A stretch of DNA of 64,000 bases from Candidatus Poribacteria bacterium (GTDB taxonomy: Bacteria > Poribacteria > WGA-4E > GCA-2687025). Numbering within the stretch: position 1 is the first letter of the stretch; each line of letters begins with the position of its first letter. The notes beneath the pieces are model-generated. The model worked only from the letters and a program-made list of their open reading frames with translations, was not told the DNA's origin and ran no database searches. The stretch is taken from positions 672,001 to 736,000 of the forward strand of contig OY762492.1 of the NCBI GenBank assembly GCA_963665845.2, read 5' to 3'. Both the position numbers and the translations under genes were made by a program. Of the stretch, positions 29,596 through 40,078 are shown piece after piece.

Positions 29596-32299
29596 GGCGG
29601 CGGTTTTTCTTTTTCTTTTTCTGATGACGGCGCTCGCCGCGGCGCAGCCCGTTCAACAGACGATCATTAGCGCCGTCGACGCGGAAGCGGACGGACAGCC
29701 GCTTCAAGAACTGCCGGCGGAAGCCGAAGCGCTGATTGGTCAGCCCTACACCGCCTACGCCGTCCGAAACGCTGTCAAAGAACTTTACCAAAACCATGAC
29801 CGGTACGCGCAGATTTATGTGTACGCCGACATCCTGGAGGACGGGACGGCGCGGCTCGTCTTTCGCCTCATCGAAAAAATGCGCGTCAACAAGGTTGAGT
29901 TCGCCGGCAACCGCGCTGTCTCCACCGAAGAGCTGCGTCAGGCGGTTTATCTGCGCAGCCGTTCCGAGTATTTTGAGGAGATGTTGAACCAAGAAGAGGC
30001 GCGCATAGAGGCGCTGTACCGCTCGCGCGGGTATTATCAGGCAACGGCGCGCGCCGAACTTCTCAACGGAGAGGAGAACGGCGAGAACGGCAAACAGCCG
30101 CGCGACATCCTGTTTCACATCGAAGAGGGGGAGCCGGCGCGCCTGCGCACAGCGGAGCTGAAGGGGGAGCTTTCCTTTGACAAAAACACGCTCCTAACGG
30201 CGCTGCGCCTGGAAGAGACCGCCGCGCTGAACGACCTGCCCGCCCGCCTGATCAAGTTTTACCGCCGGCGAAACTATTTCGGCGCGCGCGTCCTAATGGA
30301 AACGCCGCAGTACGACGCCGACGCGAACGCGCTTGACCTCGCCTTCGCCGTCCATGAGGGACCGCAGACGCAGATTTTTTTTGAAGGCGATCTCCGATTT
30401 GACGAAGAAACGCTGCGAAACGCCGCCGCGCTGGAACGTGTGAACGCGCGCACCGTTCAACTGGCGCAGCGCAACCTTCACAACTTTTATGTGGAAAAAG
30501 GGTATTTTGCGGCGGACATCCAAACGGCGCCGCTGGAGCTGTCCAACAAAACGGCGTCCGCCCGATTCATCATCGACCCCGGCCCGGAGCTGCGCATCAG
30601 CGAGGTTCTTTTTAAAGGAAACGCCGCCTTCGACAGCGGCGCGCTCCTCCGTCAAATACTCACCCGCCCGCGCTCTCGGATGGACGCCGTCCCGCTTCTG
30701 CGCGTCTTTTTCGAGGACGGGCTGTTCAACCCGCAAACCTTTGAACAAGACAAAAACGCGCTCAAAGCGTTCTATCGGCAGGAGGGTTACCCCGACGTTC
30801 AGGTGAGCGGCGAGCCGCGCCTGTCGGACGGGCGGCTGACGGTCGAGTTTGTCATCGACGAGAGGGAGCTGAAAACAATCCGCGCCGTCGAGATCGAGGG
30901 CGCGGCGCCGCGGAACGAGGAGCGGGCGCGCCGCCTCCTGAAAACGCGCAGCGGACAGCCGTACAATCTCGACATGAAACGGGCAGATCAGATACGCATT
31001 CAGAACTATTACGCCGCCAACGGCCGTCCGTATGCGAGTGTGCATGCCGCGCTGGACGCCGAGAACGATACGCTTCGGTTTCTGATTGAAGAGGGGGACG
31101 CGGCGCGCATCGGAACGATCCGCGTCCAGGAGGGTCGGGAACCGCTCAAAACGCGCCCGGAGGTGATCTTGCGCGAGCTGTCCATACGCGAAGGCGAGCC
31201 GTACAGCGATCAGAAGATCAACCAGAGTCGGCGGCGTCTGCTGCGTCTGGGTTTTTTTGAAAGCGTTGAGATCGCTATGCCGGGGCTGTCCGCGCAGAAG
31301 TCAGTTCTGAACGCGAACGTCATTGTGCAGGAGCGCCCGACCGGCCTTTTGAATGTGAGCGGCGGATACAGCCCCTCCGAAGGCATGCGCGGAACGCTGG
31401 AAATGGCGCAGCGGAACTGGCTTGGCAGCGGTCGCATGCTCGGCTTGAAAACGCGCCTAGGGACGCGCGGCAACCGCCTTGAGGGGTATTTCATTGAGCC
31501 GTGGACGCTTGGATCGCGCGCCCGCGCCAGCCTCCGCGCCTTCCGCGACAATCTCGAAGAGCAGGACGACATCCTCACATGGGGAGCCTCGCTGAACCTG
31601 TCGCGCGAGCTGGGCGACTACAACAGGGCGGCGGCGCAATACCGGTATGAGCGTTTTAGGGCGGTTGACGACGACTCGGAGCCGTTGACCATCCTGCCGA
31701 CGCTGAGCGCGGCGTCCGTCTTTTTCACGCGGGACACGCGCGACAACCCGCTCAACCCGACGCGCGGATGGTTCCATATGGCGCGCTTTGAGGCTGCCGG
31801 CGGTCCCGTCTTGGGCGGAAAAACGCGCATTTTAAAATGGACGGCCGTATCTAGGATGTACCGTTCATTTGGAGGCGCTTCAGCGGCGGCGCAGCTGCGC
31901 TTGGGCTACGCTTCTTTTGGGGAGAACGCGGACCGCGTCTCATCGACGGAGCGGTTTTATCTGGGCGGAAGCTCCACGGTGCGGGGTTATGCGGAGCGTT
32001 CGCTCGGTACGCTGGATGCGTTTAAAAACTATCGGGGGAATCTTCTGGCGCTGTCCAATCTGGAGCTGCGCATACCGGTCAAGGGCATTTTCGGCATCGG
32101 GGCGTTTGTCGATGCCGGCAACCTGTGGGACGAGATCGGCGATCTGGACGATGACGGTTTGAAGGCGGCGGCGGGGTGCGGCCTCCGCGTCATGACGCCG
32201 ATTGGTCCGGTTCGGGCGGATGTCGGTTTTCCGTTGTCGCGCCTTCGAGACGAGCGGCAGTCTCCGCGCTACTGGATTGAGCTTGGCAACCCGTTTTAA
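29585..32299 (+). CDS. Omp85 family outer-membrane protein (BamA/TamA) with multiple POTRA domains
   Basis: POTRA repeats (F.GN, Y...GY); RFYLGGSSTVRGY; G.GLR..TPIGPVR.D; terminal F. Confidence 0.9.
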   Translation: MSFKAAVFLFLFLMTALAAAQPVQQTIISAVDAEADGQPLQELPAEAEALIGQPYTAYAVRNAVKELYQNHDRYAQIYVYADILEDGTARLVFRLIEKMRVNKVEFAGNRAVSTEELRQAVYLRSRSEYFEEMLNQEEARIEALYRSRGYYQATARAELLNGEENGENGKQPRDILFHIEEGEPARLRTAELKGELSFDKNTLLTALRLEETAALNDLPARLIKFYRRRNYFGARVLMETPQYDADANALDLAFAVHEGPQTQIFFEGDLRFDEETLRNAAALERVNARTVQLAQRNLHNFYVEKGYFAADIQTAPLELSNKTASARFIIDPGPELRISEVLFKGNAAFDSGALLRQILTRPRSRMDAVPLLRVFFEDGLFNPQTFEQDKNALKAFYRQEGYPDVQVSGEPRLSDGRLTVEFVIDERELKTIRAVEIEGAAPRNEERARRLLKTRSGQPYNLDMKRADQIRIQNYYAANGRPYASVHAALDAENDTLRFLIEEGDAARIGTIRVQEGREPLKTRPEVILRELSIREGEPYSDQKINQSRRRLLRLGFFESVEIAMPGLSAQKSVLNANVIVQERPTGLLNVSGGYSPSEGMRGTLEMAQRNWLGSGRMLGLKTRLGTRGNRLEGYFIEPWTLGSRARASLRAFRDNLEEQDDILTWGASLNLSRELGDYNRAAAQYRYERFRAVDDDSEPLTILPTLSAASVFFTRDTRDNPLNPTRGWFHMARFEAAGGPVLGGKTRILKWTAVSRMYRSFGGASAAAQLRLGYASFGENADRVSSTERFYLGGSSTVRGYAERSLGTLDAFKNYRGNLLALSNLELRIPVKGIFGIGAFVDAGNLWDEIGDLDDDGLKAAAGCGLRVMTPIGPVRADVGFPLSRLRDERQSPRYWIELGNPF

Positions 32300-32306
32300 T
32301 CGCCGC

Positions 32307-32702
32307 CCCATGTCGTCATTTCCGCCCCCCATGTCGTCATTCCCGCCCCCCATGTCGTCATTCCCGCGTAAGCGGGAATCTTAGCCGCGGTTGTCGTCTG
32401 AACTAGGATTGCCAAGATGAAAAAGATTGCCAAGAAATTCCCCGTGAGCCGCTATCTTGGCAATCTTAATCATCCTTCAATCCTAATTCAAAACCAAGCG
32501 CAACCAGGGCGCTCAAAACCCCCCTACCCCCCTTTTCAAGGGGGAGTCTAGAAACCCCCTTTCAAGGGGGAGTCGTTCCCGCGCCCCAAATCGTCATTCC
32601 CGCGTAAGCGGGAATCTTAAGGCATCGAAGCCGCCGCGCCCGTCCTTTAAACCCCCTGGTTCCCCTTTTCAAGGGGGAACCGGACGAGGCGCCGCGAATG
32701 TC
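32307..32702 (+). repeat. Composite intergenic repeat block
   Basis: 21-nt tandem half-sites; palindromes at 32356 and 32592; ~115-bp TGAACTAGG..CCTAATTCA inverted element; CCCCCTTTTCAAGGGGG hairpins. Confidence 0.85.
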
Positions 32703-32805
32703 CCGTATGAGCGTACTGCCCGCCGACTCAACATTTGCGATGCGCGTTCGATTGCGGTATCATATAAACGGCTCGCGGGCATCTTGAAGAGTATTGGAGA
32801 GTTTG

Positions 32806-34746
32806 ATGAAAAGCGACTGCCGCAGCGCGCGGCGTATTCTACGCGCAGCGATCCTGTTTCTCGTCTGCTGCGGATGGAGCGTCTCCGCAAACGCGGAAGA
32901 ATTCGGCGACATCCAGGTCATCCCGGAATCGAGCAGATCGGACAACAACGGGACGCATGGGTATGCGCTGTATCATTTTATGGTGTCCAACCGCTCTTCC
33001 ACCAAGACGCATGAAGTGGAGCTGCGAATTCCCGGGAATTCTTATATGTCAACGAGCGGAAGTCGGATTCACAGGCTATCCAAAAAGTTTAAGGCGGCTC
33101 CGAATTCCACCGTTTATGTGCCGTTGTACCAGCCGGCTGTACGGATGACCGGCGACGGGGTCGGCGTCTACATCAACGGGCGGGAACAGAATTCAAGCAT
33201 CGCCCTGCGCCGCAGCGATCATGGGGCTTACACAGCATTGACGGCAAGCCGTACCAGTTCAGCCTCCGCATGGACTAGCGTTCGGTCGGGAATGTTTGAG
33301 CCGCGCGTGCTGATCAGTTACAGCGCCGATGAATCGGACCTGCGCAGAATTGCGTCGCTTTCTCCCGTCGGACTCTCCGCTTCGCCCTCCGTTCCGCCCT
33401 CCCCTGGCTTCACTGGCGGCTCCCCTCCAGGTTTCACTGGGGGACCGACCGTGACGATCCGACCCTCCGGAGTCGCTCGGACGGTTTCTGGTCCCTCCAA
33501 CGTCAAGTTGATCCATGCGAGCGGATTTGAGTCGAACTGGCTCAGCTATTCCTCCTACGACGGATGCGTTCTCGCGCTCTCCGACGCGCAGGGGCTTGCG
33601 CCGAATGAGCTTTCCGCCCTGTGGCAGTATATCGAGTGCGGAGGTTCCGTTGCCGTCATGGGCGACGGCAGCGACGGCAAACTGCCGGAGGCTTGGGCGG
33701 CTCTCGACCCGCAGTTGGCGAATAGAAAGCTGGACAACAACACCTTTGAACGGTACCGAGTGGGCATGGGGTTTCTTTTCTTGTCAGGTCCGCCTGATCA
33801 GCTGCTCGCCAACAACCAGCCCGCCGCTTCTGCAATCGCGGAGTCATGGACGCAGTCTGGGCATACTTGGGGGACGCTTCCGACAGCGTCCGGCGCGAAT
33901 GCGTCTCTTGAGATGGTGAAGCCGCTGGATTCACAAGCGTCTCTTCGGCAGATGTTCATTGCGATGCTGGCGTTCGCCGTTCTGATTGGTCCGGTCAATC
34001 TGATTGTTCTTGCGAAGCGCAAGCGTCGTTCCTGGGTGTTCTGGACGACGCCGGCGGTATCGGCGCTCGCATGTGCGGCGGTTTTTCTTTACGCGGCGCT
34101 TGCGGAAGGCTGGGGGCAGCACACCCGCTACGCGTACTTGACGACGTTGGATCCGGAGGTCAACCGCGCCGCCACGATCGGCATGGTCGGTTTCTATTCG
34201 CCGATGTCGCACAGTTCGGGGTTGATGTTTGAAGACAGCACCGAGGTGACTCCGCTGATCGCCGGCAGTCCCGTTTCAGGTTCGGTGGACTGGACAAAAG
34301 GGCAGCATTTCAAAGGCGACTGGGTGCAGGCGCGCATTCCCCGCCACTTCAAACTGCGTAAAAACGAAACGCGGCGCGAACGAATCAACCTGGTCAGAGA
34401 CGGCGGGCAGCTGAGCATCGTGAACGGAATCGGCGCGGACATCAAATCGATTGTGTACCGCGCTCATGACGGGCGCCGGTACCAAGCGAGCGGCATCTCC
34501 AAGGGGGAGAAAGCGCCGTTGAGCGAGATTTCAAATACCGCGTCTGCCTCGGTGTCTCTGCGCGAGGCGTATGCGAATCGCGACTGGTACTCGTCGATCA
34601 AGAGCATGCGAGACAACCCGCTGCAGTATCTTGAGCCTGGATGGTATATAGCCGAGCTGGAAGAGAATGTGTTTGTTGAGGAGGCTCTAGACGGCGCCAG
34701 GGTGAAGCCGTCCATCGCCATGCTGACGGGCGAAGCGAGCGAATGA
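32806..34746 (+). CDS. Exported, membrane-anchored accessory protein of the ABC cluster
   Basis: Signal peptide; SYDG..L / W.YIECGG segment; TM hairpin LIGPVN..W.TTP; first gene of the operon. Confidence 0.75.
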   Translation: MKSDCRSARRILRAAILFLVCCGWSVSANAEEFGDIQVIPESSRSDNNGTHGYALYHFMVSNRSSTKTHEVELRIPGNSYMSTSGSRIHRLSKKFKAAPNSTVYVPLYQPAVRMTGDGVGVYINGREQNSSIALRRSDHGAYTALTASRTSSASAWTSVRSGMFEPRVLISYSADESDLRRIASLSPVGLSASPSVPPSPGFTGGSPPGFTGGPTVTIRPSGVARTVSGPSNVKLIHASGFESNWLSYSSYDGCVLALSDAQGLAPNELSALWQYIECGGSVAVMGDGSDGKLPEAWAALDPQLANRKLDNNTFERYRVGMGFLFLSGPPDQLLANNQPAASAIAESWTQSGHTWGTLPTASGANASLEMVKPLDSQASLRQMFIAMLAFAVLIGPVNLIVLAKRKRRSWVFWTTPAVSALACAAVFLYAALAEGWGQHTRYAYLTTLDPEVNRAATIGMVGFYSPMSHSSGLMFEDSTEVTPLIAGSPVSGSVDWTKGQHFKGDWVQARIPRHFKLRKNETRRERINLVRDGGQLSIVNGIGADIKSIVYRAHDGRRYQASGISKGEKAPLSEISNTASASVSLREAYANRDWYSSIKSMRDNPLQYLEPGWYIAELEENVFVEEALDGARVKPSIAMLTGEASE

Positions 34747-34774
34747 ACATGGAAAGGGGCTGAAAAGCGTCCAT

Positions 34775-35716
34775 ATGGAAGTGAAGATCAACCATTTGAA
34801 GCGGTACTTTGGGCAAACGCGCGCCGTGGACGACATCTCGTTTTCGTTCTCTACGGGGGAGATTGTCGCGTTTATCGGTTCCAACGGAGCCGGCAAAACG
34901 ACCACGATGCGCATACTTGCGACGCTGGATGAGCCGACCGACGGCGATGTGGAGCTGGACGGGGTCTCGGCGGTGAACCATCCGGAACGGGTGCGGAAGC
35001 TGATCGGATATATGCCGGATTCGCTGCCGACCCATCGGGACATGACGGTTCATGAGTACCTTGATTTTTTTGCGCGCGCCTACGGCATTGCGGGCGATAA
35101 ACGGGCGCAGACCATCGACGATGTGCAAAGTTTCACGGGGCTTGGAGACATACGCGGCAACACGCTCCATTCGCTTTCGAAAGGGATGAAGCAGCGGGTT
35201 AGTTTGGGGCGGGCGCTGATTCATGACCCGCCTGTGATGGTGATGGACGAGCCGGCGTCGGGGCTTGACCCGCGCGCGCGCATTGAGCTTCGGGAGCTGC
35301 TGCGCATCCTTGCGGATCAGGGCAAGGCGATCCTGATCAGCTCCCATATTTTGACGGAGCTGTCGGAGATATGCGGTGGGGCGGTCATCATTGAGCAGGG
35401 AAAAATCGCCGCCGCTGGAACCGTGGACGAGATACTTTCCCAGCATGAGGCGCAGACCGTTTTGGCGGTGCGCCCCGCCGGCGATCTTGAAACGGCGCGG
35501 CAGGCGCTGATGCTTCTTCCGAATGTTGAAAATGTCGCCGTCGTCGGAAACGAGCTGGAAGCGCGCATCGCCGGCGGAGAGGAAGAAGCGAGCGCGATAC
35601 TGGGCGAGCTGATGCAACAGGGAATTCAGATTGCCGAGTTCAAGCGGCGCGGCGGCGACCTTGAATCGCTGTTTATGCAGATCACCGGCAAAGAGGCTGA
35701 AGGCGAGGGGGAATGA
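34775..35716 (+). CDS. ABC transporter ATP-binding protein (ABC-2/DrrA type)
   Basis: GSNGAGKTT, LSKGMKQR, MDEPASGLDP and ISSHIL. Confidence 0.95.
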   Translation: MEVKINHLKRYFGQTRAVDDISFSFSTGEIVAFIGSNGAGKTTTMRILATLDEPTDGDVELDGVSAVNHPERVRKLIGYMPDSLPTHRDMTVHEYLDFFARAYGIAGDKRAQTIDDVQSFTGLGDIRGNTLHSLSKGMKQRVSLGRALIHDPPVMVMDEPASGLDPRARIELRELLRILADQGKAILISSHILTELSEICGGAVIIEQGKIAAAGTVDEILSQHEAQTVLAVRPAGDLETARQALMLLPNVENVAVVGNELEARIAGGEEEASAILGELMQQGIQIAEFKRRGGDLESLFMQITGKEAEGEGE

Positions 35717-37194
35717 GCGGGTTGACCGCATGGGTCCGCAGCCTCGACAACCGAATGAACCCGATCGTTGTCAAGGAACTGCGTCAAATCTCGCGCGGGA
35801 AATTTCTGACCGTCATCCTGATCGGTTTTCTCTTCACGCAGCTGACCGTCACAGGCGTAGTGACATTCTATAGCCGCGGCTCCGCCAACCCCGGACCGCA
35901 GCTGTATCTGGCGCTGCTCCGTTTTTTAACGGGGATATGCGCCGTCCTGATACCAGCGTATGCAGGGTTCCGACTCGCCAAAGAAAGCTCCGATTCGAAT
36001 AAAGACCTTCTCTTCATCTCGACGCTCAAACCAGCCTCCATCGTCTGGGGAAAAACGCTTTCCGCCGCCCTACTCGCGGCGCTCATCTACAGCGTCAGCA
36101 TGCCGTTTATTTTAATGACCTACATTCTCCGCGGCATTGATCTGCCGTCGGCGTTTCTGCAGATCGGTCTCAGTTATGTTTTTACGCTGGCGATGACTCA
36201 GCTCGGAATCATGATCGGCTGTATGCCTGCGAGCCGCATCGTCAAGGGAGTCGCCGGGTTGATCGGCTTGATCATCATGCCGTTGTTCATGATCGGGAGC
36301 CTAGGGCTTTATTCTTTCACATCTACTTTTTTTGGAACCGTCTCGACAGGTTTTTTGACAGCCGAGAGAGGCGCGCTGGGAACGTTGGGCGCCGCGTCAA
36401 TCTGCGCGGCGTTTGCCGGGGCGCTCTTCTTGGTGTCGAGGGCGTTCATCCGTCCGCCTGCGTCGAACCGCGCGTTTGTTCCCCGCGTTTATGTTACAGC
36501 GGTATGGGCGGTCTCGCTGGTCGTTGTTTTTGCTTGGAGCGAATTGACATATTCAGCGGATCTGATATTCGGATGGATGACGCTTTTCAGTTACGCTTTT
36601 GCATTCGCGTTGATATTCAGCATTAGCGAACGCGACCGGTTGGGCGCGCGCGTCCGTCAAGCAATACCGCTGTCGCGCAGTTCGAGGGCTGCCGCGTTTC
36701 TGTTTTACAGCGGGTCTGCCGGCGGATTCATCTGGGCGTCCATCGGCGTCGTCATGACCTTTATCGTCGGGTCGGTTGCGGCTTCCGCCTCCGCCGCGGC
36801 GGTCTCTAGCAGCAAATTTGAGGAGCAGTTTTTACACCTTGGTTTTACGGCGTCCAATTCGTGGATTGCGGCGGCGGGCGCTGTTTTGCTTCAACGCGGA
36901 ATTCTCCAAAACCGCGTCGCCAGGGTACATACATGGCTCATATCGCTTGGGCTTGAAACGTTGATCGGTTTGCTCTGGGCAATGTATATGCTCGGCGCAG
37001 GCTCTAGGCTGGCGCGGCTTAACATTGGAGGCATGTCGACATTCAGAGAGGAGCCGCCGGTTGCCGCCGCCGCTGTGATTGCCGCGGTTATGGTCAGTTT
37101 TTGCCTGCCGTGGATTATTCGGCAGGCGTCCGCCTTCAAGCCGCTGCCTTTAAAAGCGGCGGAAACGCAGTGGACGGAATCCGCATGCGTTTGA
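35713..37194 (+). CDS. ABC-2-like permease, paralog 1
   Basis: NPIVVKELRQISRG; DLLFISTLKPASIVWGK; LRGID; polytopic membrane protein. Confidence 0.85.
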   Translation: MSGLTAWVRSLDNRMNPIVVKELRQISRGKFLTVILIGFLFTQLTVTGVVTFYSRGSANPGPQLYLALLRFLTGICAVLIPAYAGFRLAKESSDSNKDLLFISTLKPASIVWGKTLSAALLAALIYSVSMPFILMTYILRGIDLPSAFLQIGLSYVFTLAMTQLGIMIGCMPASRIVKGVAGLIGLIIMPLFMIGSLGLYSFTSTFFGTVSTGFLTAERGALGTLGAASICAAFAGALFLVSRAFIRPPASNRAFVPRVYVTAVWAVSLVVVFAWSELTYSADLIFGWMTLFSYAFAFALIFSISERDRLGARVRQAIPLSRSSRAAAFLFYSGSAGGFIWASIGVVMTFIVGSVAASASAAAVSSSKFEEQFLHLGFTASNSWIAAAGAVLLQRGILQNRVARVHTWLISLGLETLIGLLWAMYMLGAGSRLARLNIGGMSTFREEPPVAAAAVIAAVMVSFCLPWIIRQASAFKPLPLKAAETQWTESACV

Positions 37195-38573
37195 ACGCCG
37201 TACTACGCAAACTTGACGGCAAAATGAACCCGATCACGGTCAAGGAGCTGCGCCAGATCTCGCGCGGGAAATTTTTGCCCGTTATCCTGATCGGTTTTCT
37301 CTTTATGCAGTTGTGCGTCACCGGCGCGGTTACATTATATACGCGCGGTTCCGCCAAACCTGGACCGCTGCTGTATCAGGCGCTGTTCAGTTTTTTGACA
37401 GCGGTATGCTGCTTGCTGATACCGGCGTATACCGGGTATCGACTCGCGCAGGAGCGTTCCCAATCGAACAGGGACCTTCTCTTTATCTCGGCGCTGAAAC
37501 CCGCCTCCATCGTCTTCGGAAAAATGCTTTCCGCCGCGGCGCTCGCCGCGCTCGTCTACAGCGTCTGCATGCCGTTTATGGCGATGACCTACATTCTGCG
37601 CGGGGTGGATTTGCTGTCGGCGTTTCAGCAGCTTCTTGTCAGTTATGCGATTGCGCTGCTGATTATCCAGGTCGGAATTTTGATTGCCTGCTTCCCGATG
37701 AGCCGCAGAGCGGCTGGGCTGATCTACATTGTTTTGATGGTGTGGGCGTTGGGTTTCGGAATCGCTGATGTGTGGACTTTTAGATCCAACTCGCTGGTTA
37801 TGTCGCTGTCCCGCCTGGAGCTGGCGGAATCGCGGGGCTTGGTCGGCGTTTTGGCATTGTGGACGGGGGCGGTCTTTTCGCTTTCGGCGGCGCTTCTCGC
37901 CCCGGCTCCGTCGAACCGCGCATTTGTTCCCCGCGTGTATATTTCGGCGGCATGGATCGTTTCTCTTGCCGCGGTACTGATCTGGCGCGAGGCGGCCGCT
38001 TCGTATCGGGCGGTCTTCGGTTGGATCTTTTCATGCGCTGTTTTATTTGCCTTTGCGTTGATTTTCAGCGTCGGCGAGCGGAATAAGCCGGGGCTGCGCG
38101 TACGAGAAACCGTTCCGCGTTCGCGCGTTCTGCGTTCGGTCGCGTTTCTGTTTTACAGCGGATCCGCCGCCGGATTTCTTTGGGCTTCCATCGGACTTCT
38201 CCTGACGATAGCGGTCGGGTTGTTTGCCGTTTCGGACGCTCCCAGTACGATCGCCGCCAGAGAATTTGAGGAGACGTTTTCTGATCTCTGCCGTATGTCT
38301 CTCTATGCATGGATTGGGGCGGCGGGCGCTTTGCAGATCTTTCATAAGCTGCTGAAAAACTACGACCATGATTTCTATGACTGCGGGATTGCGCTGTTCA
38401 TTATGGGCGTCTTCACATGGATTATGCATGATTGGCCGATTGCCGCCGTTGCGGTTGTTGCGGCGGGGATGGTCAGTTTATGCTTGCCCTGGATCGTTCG
38501 GCAGGCGTCCGCCTTCAAGCCCCTGCCTCTAAAAACGGCGGAAACGAAGAGGATGAAATCTGCATGCGTTTGA
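37185..38573 (+). CDS. ABC-2-like permease, paralog 2
   Basis: Same motifs; start MRLNAV overlaps the previous stop. Confidence 0.85.
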   Translation: MRLNAVLRKLDGKMNPITVKELRQISRGKFLPVILIGFLFMQLCVTGAVTLYTRGSAKPGPLLYQALFSFLTAVCCLLIPAYTGYRLAQERSQSNRDLLFISALKPASIVFGKMLSAAALAALVYSVCMPFMAMTYILRGVDLLSAFQQLLVSYAIALLIIQVGILIACFPMSRRAAGLIYIVLMVWALGFGIADVWTFRSNSLVMSLSRLELAESRGLVGVLALWTGAVFSLSAALLAPAPSNRAFVPRVYISAAWIVSLAAVLIWREAAASYRAVFGWIFSCAVLFAFALIFSVGERNKPGLRVRETVPRSRVLRSVAFLFYSGSAAGFLWASIGLLLTIAVGLFAVSDAPSTIAAREFEETFSDLCRMSLYAWIGAAGALQIFHKLLKNYDHDFYDCGIALFIMGVFTWIMHDWPIAAVAVVAAGMVSLCLPWIVRQASAFKPLPLKTAETKRMKSACV

Positions 38574-40078
38574 ACGCCGTACTCCGCAAGATTGACAACC
38601 GGCTAAACCCGATCCTTGTCAAGGAGCTGCGTCAAATCTCGCGCGGCAGATTTTTGATCTTCCTACTCGCCGGTTCTCTCTTGACGCAGCTGGGCGCTGC
38701 CGCCTATGTCGCTGTTGCCGCCGGCGGCTCGCCCGACGCCGCCCCGCTGCTGTTCAATATGCTCACCTCTTTTCTCACGATCGTCTGCGCGCTGATCATC
38801 CCCGCTTATGCTGGGTTCCGCCTCGCTAAAGAAAACGCCGAATTGAATCGAGACCTGCTCTTCGCTTCGGCTCTCAAGCCCGGCGCTGTTGTCTGGGGCA
38901 AGACGCTCGTCTGCGCGGCGCTCGCCGTTATGGTTTTCAGCGTCTGCATGCCGTTTATCTTTTTGACCTTCATTCTGCGTGGAATCGATCTGTCGGCGGC
39001 GGCGGCGCTGCTGCTGCTCAGTTTTGTGTTTTCGCTGCTTGCAGCGCAGGTCTGCATTTTGATCTGTTGTCTCCCTGGGCAGTTCGCCAGGCTGACGGTC
39101 GGCGCGTTGGCGCTGCTCACCGTTTTCGGCTATCTGTTTATAGCGGATCCGTTTCTCGCAGGCGGCTCCTTTTCAACATGGGGACCGCTCAATAGGTTTG
39201 AAGCGAGGGGCATGTCGGCGGCGCTCGGATTTCTACTGGCATGGAGCGCCATGGCGGCCATGTGCTTTTTGCTTTCAACGGCGCTCCTTAGTCCGCCCGC
39301 CTCCAACCGCGCGCTCATTCCGCGCCTCTACGCGACGGCGGTCTGGGCGGTCTCTTTTCTTGCCGTTTATGTTTGGAGCCGATACGCCGCTACCATCGAA
39401 CCTGTCATGAACTGGTGGCTCATCGTCTGCTTTTGTTTTGGAGGCGCGTTGATGGTCAGCGCCGGCGAACGAGATCGATGGGGCGAACGGACGCTGCAAA
39501 CGATCCCGCGTTCTCGATGGCTTCGCCCTCTAGCGTTTCTCTACTACAGCGGATCGGGGGGCGGTTTTCTCTGGGCGTTGATCGGAATGATTCTGTCGTG
39601 CGCGCTCGCTTCGGTTGCCGCCGCTTCCTCGGGCTTGATAGGAGTCGGCGACTTCACAGCGTTTTTGACACATATCGGCTTTCTGTTTTTCAGTTTCTGG
39701 ATTGCGTCTGAAGCGGCGTTATGGATACACCGCAAGTTTTTCATAGACGAGATTCCCACCGACCGAACATGGATCGGCGCGTTCGCCATTCTAATGTTGA
39801 TGTTTAAAATGGTATGGCCGATCTTCATGAGCGGCGGCGGCTCCATCAGCGCCGCGTCCGCGCCTGTAACGGAGAAATTGTTGAGCGGATACGTGTTTTT
39901 CGGCGATCCGCCCATCGCAGTCGCCGGCGCCGCGGCGCTTCTCTCGGCGTACTGGAGCCTGCCGCGAATCGTCCGCCAAATCGCCGCCTTCAAACCGATT
40001 TTACAAACCAAAAATGAACCGAAGCATGCGGTCTATAACGACGCAAACATCAACGTCAGAGAAGGGAATTCGGCATGA
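38564..40078 (+). CDS. ABC-2-like permease, paralog 3
   Basis: Same motifs; start MRLNAV overlaps the previous stop. Confidence 0.85.
   Translation: MRLNAVLRKIDNRLNPILVKELRQISRGRFLIFLLAGSLLTQLGAAAYVAVAAGGSPDAAPLLFNMLTSFLTIVCALIIPAYAGFRLAKENAELNRDLLFASALKPGAVVWGKTLVCAALAVMVFSVCMPFIFLTFILRGIDLSAAAALLLLSFVFSLLAAQVCILICCLPGQFARLTVGALALLTVFGYLFIADPFLAGGSFSTWGPLNRFEARGMSAALGFLLAWSAMAAMCFLLSTALLSPPASNRALIPRLYATAVWAVSFLAVYVWSRYAATIEPVMNWWLIVCFCFGGALMVSAGERDRWGERTLQTIPRSRWLRPLAFLYYSGSGGGFLWALIGMILSCALASVAAASSGLIGVGDFTAFLTHIGFLFFSFWIASEAALWIHRKFFIDEIPTDRTWIGAFAILMLMFKMVWPIFMSGGGSISAASAPVTEKLLSGYVFFGDPPIAVAGAAALLSAYWSLPRIVRQIAAFKPILQTKNEPKHAVYNDANINVREGNSA

Noticed and set aside
32307-32380. CRISPR-like array
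   Set aside because: Only three units of 21-22 nt with identical spacers, derived from the palindrome half-site; no cas genes.
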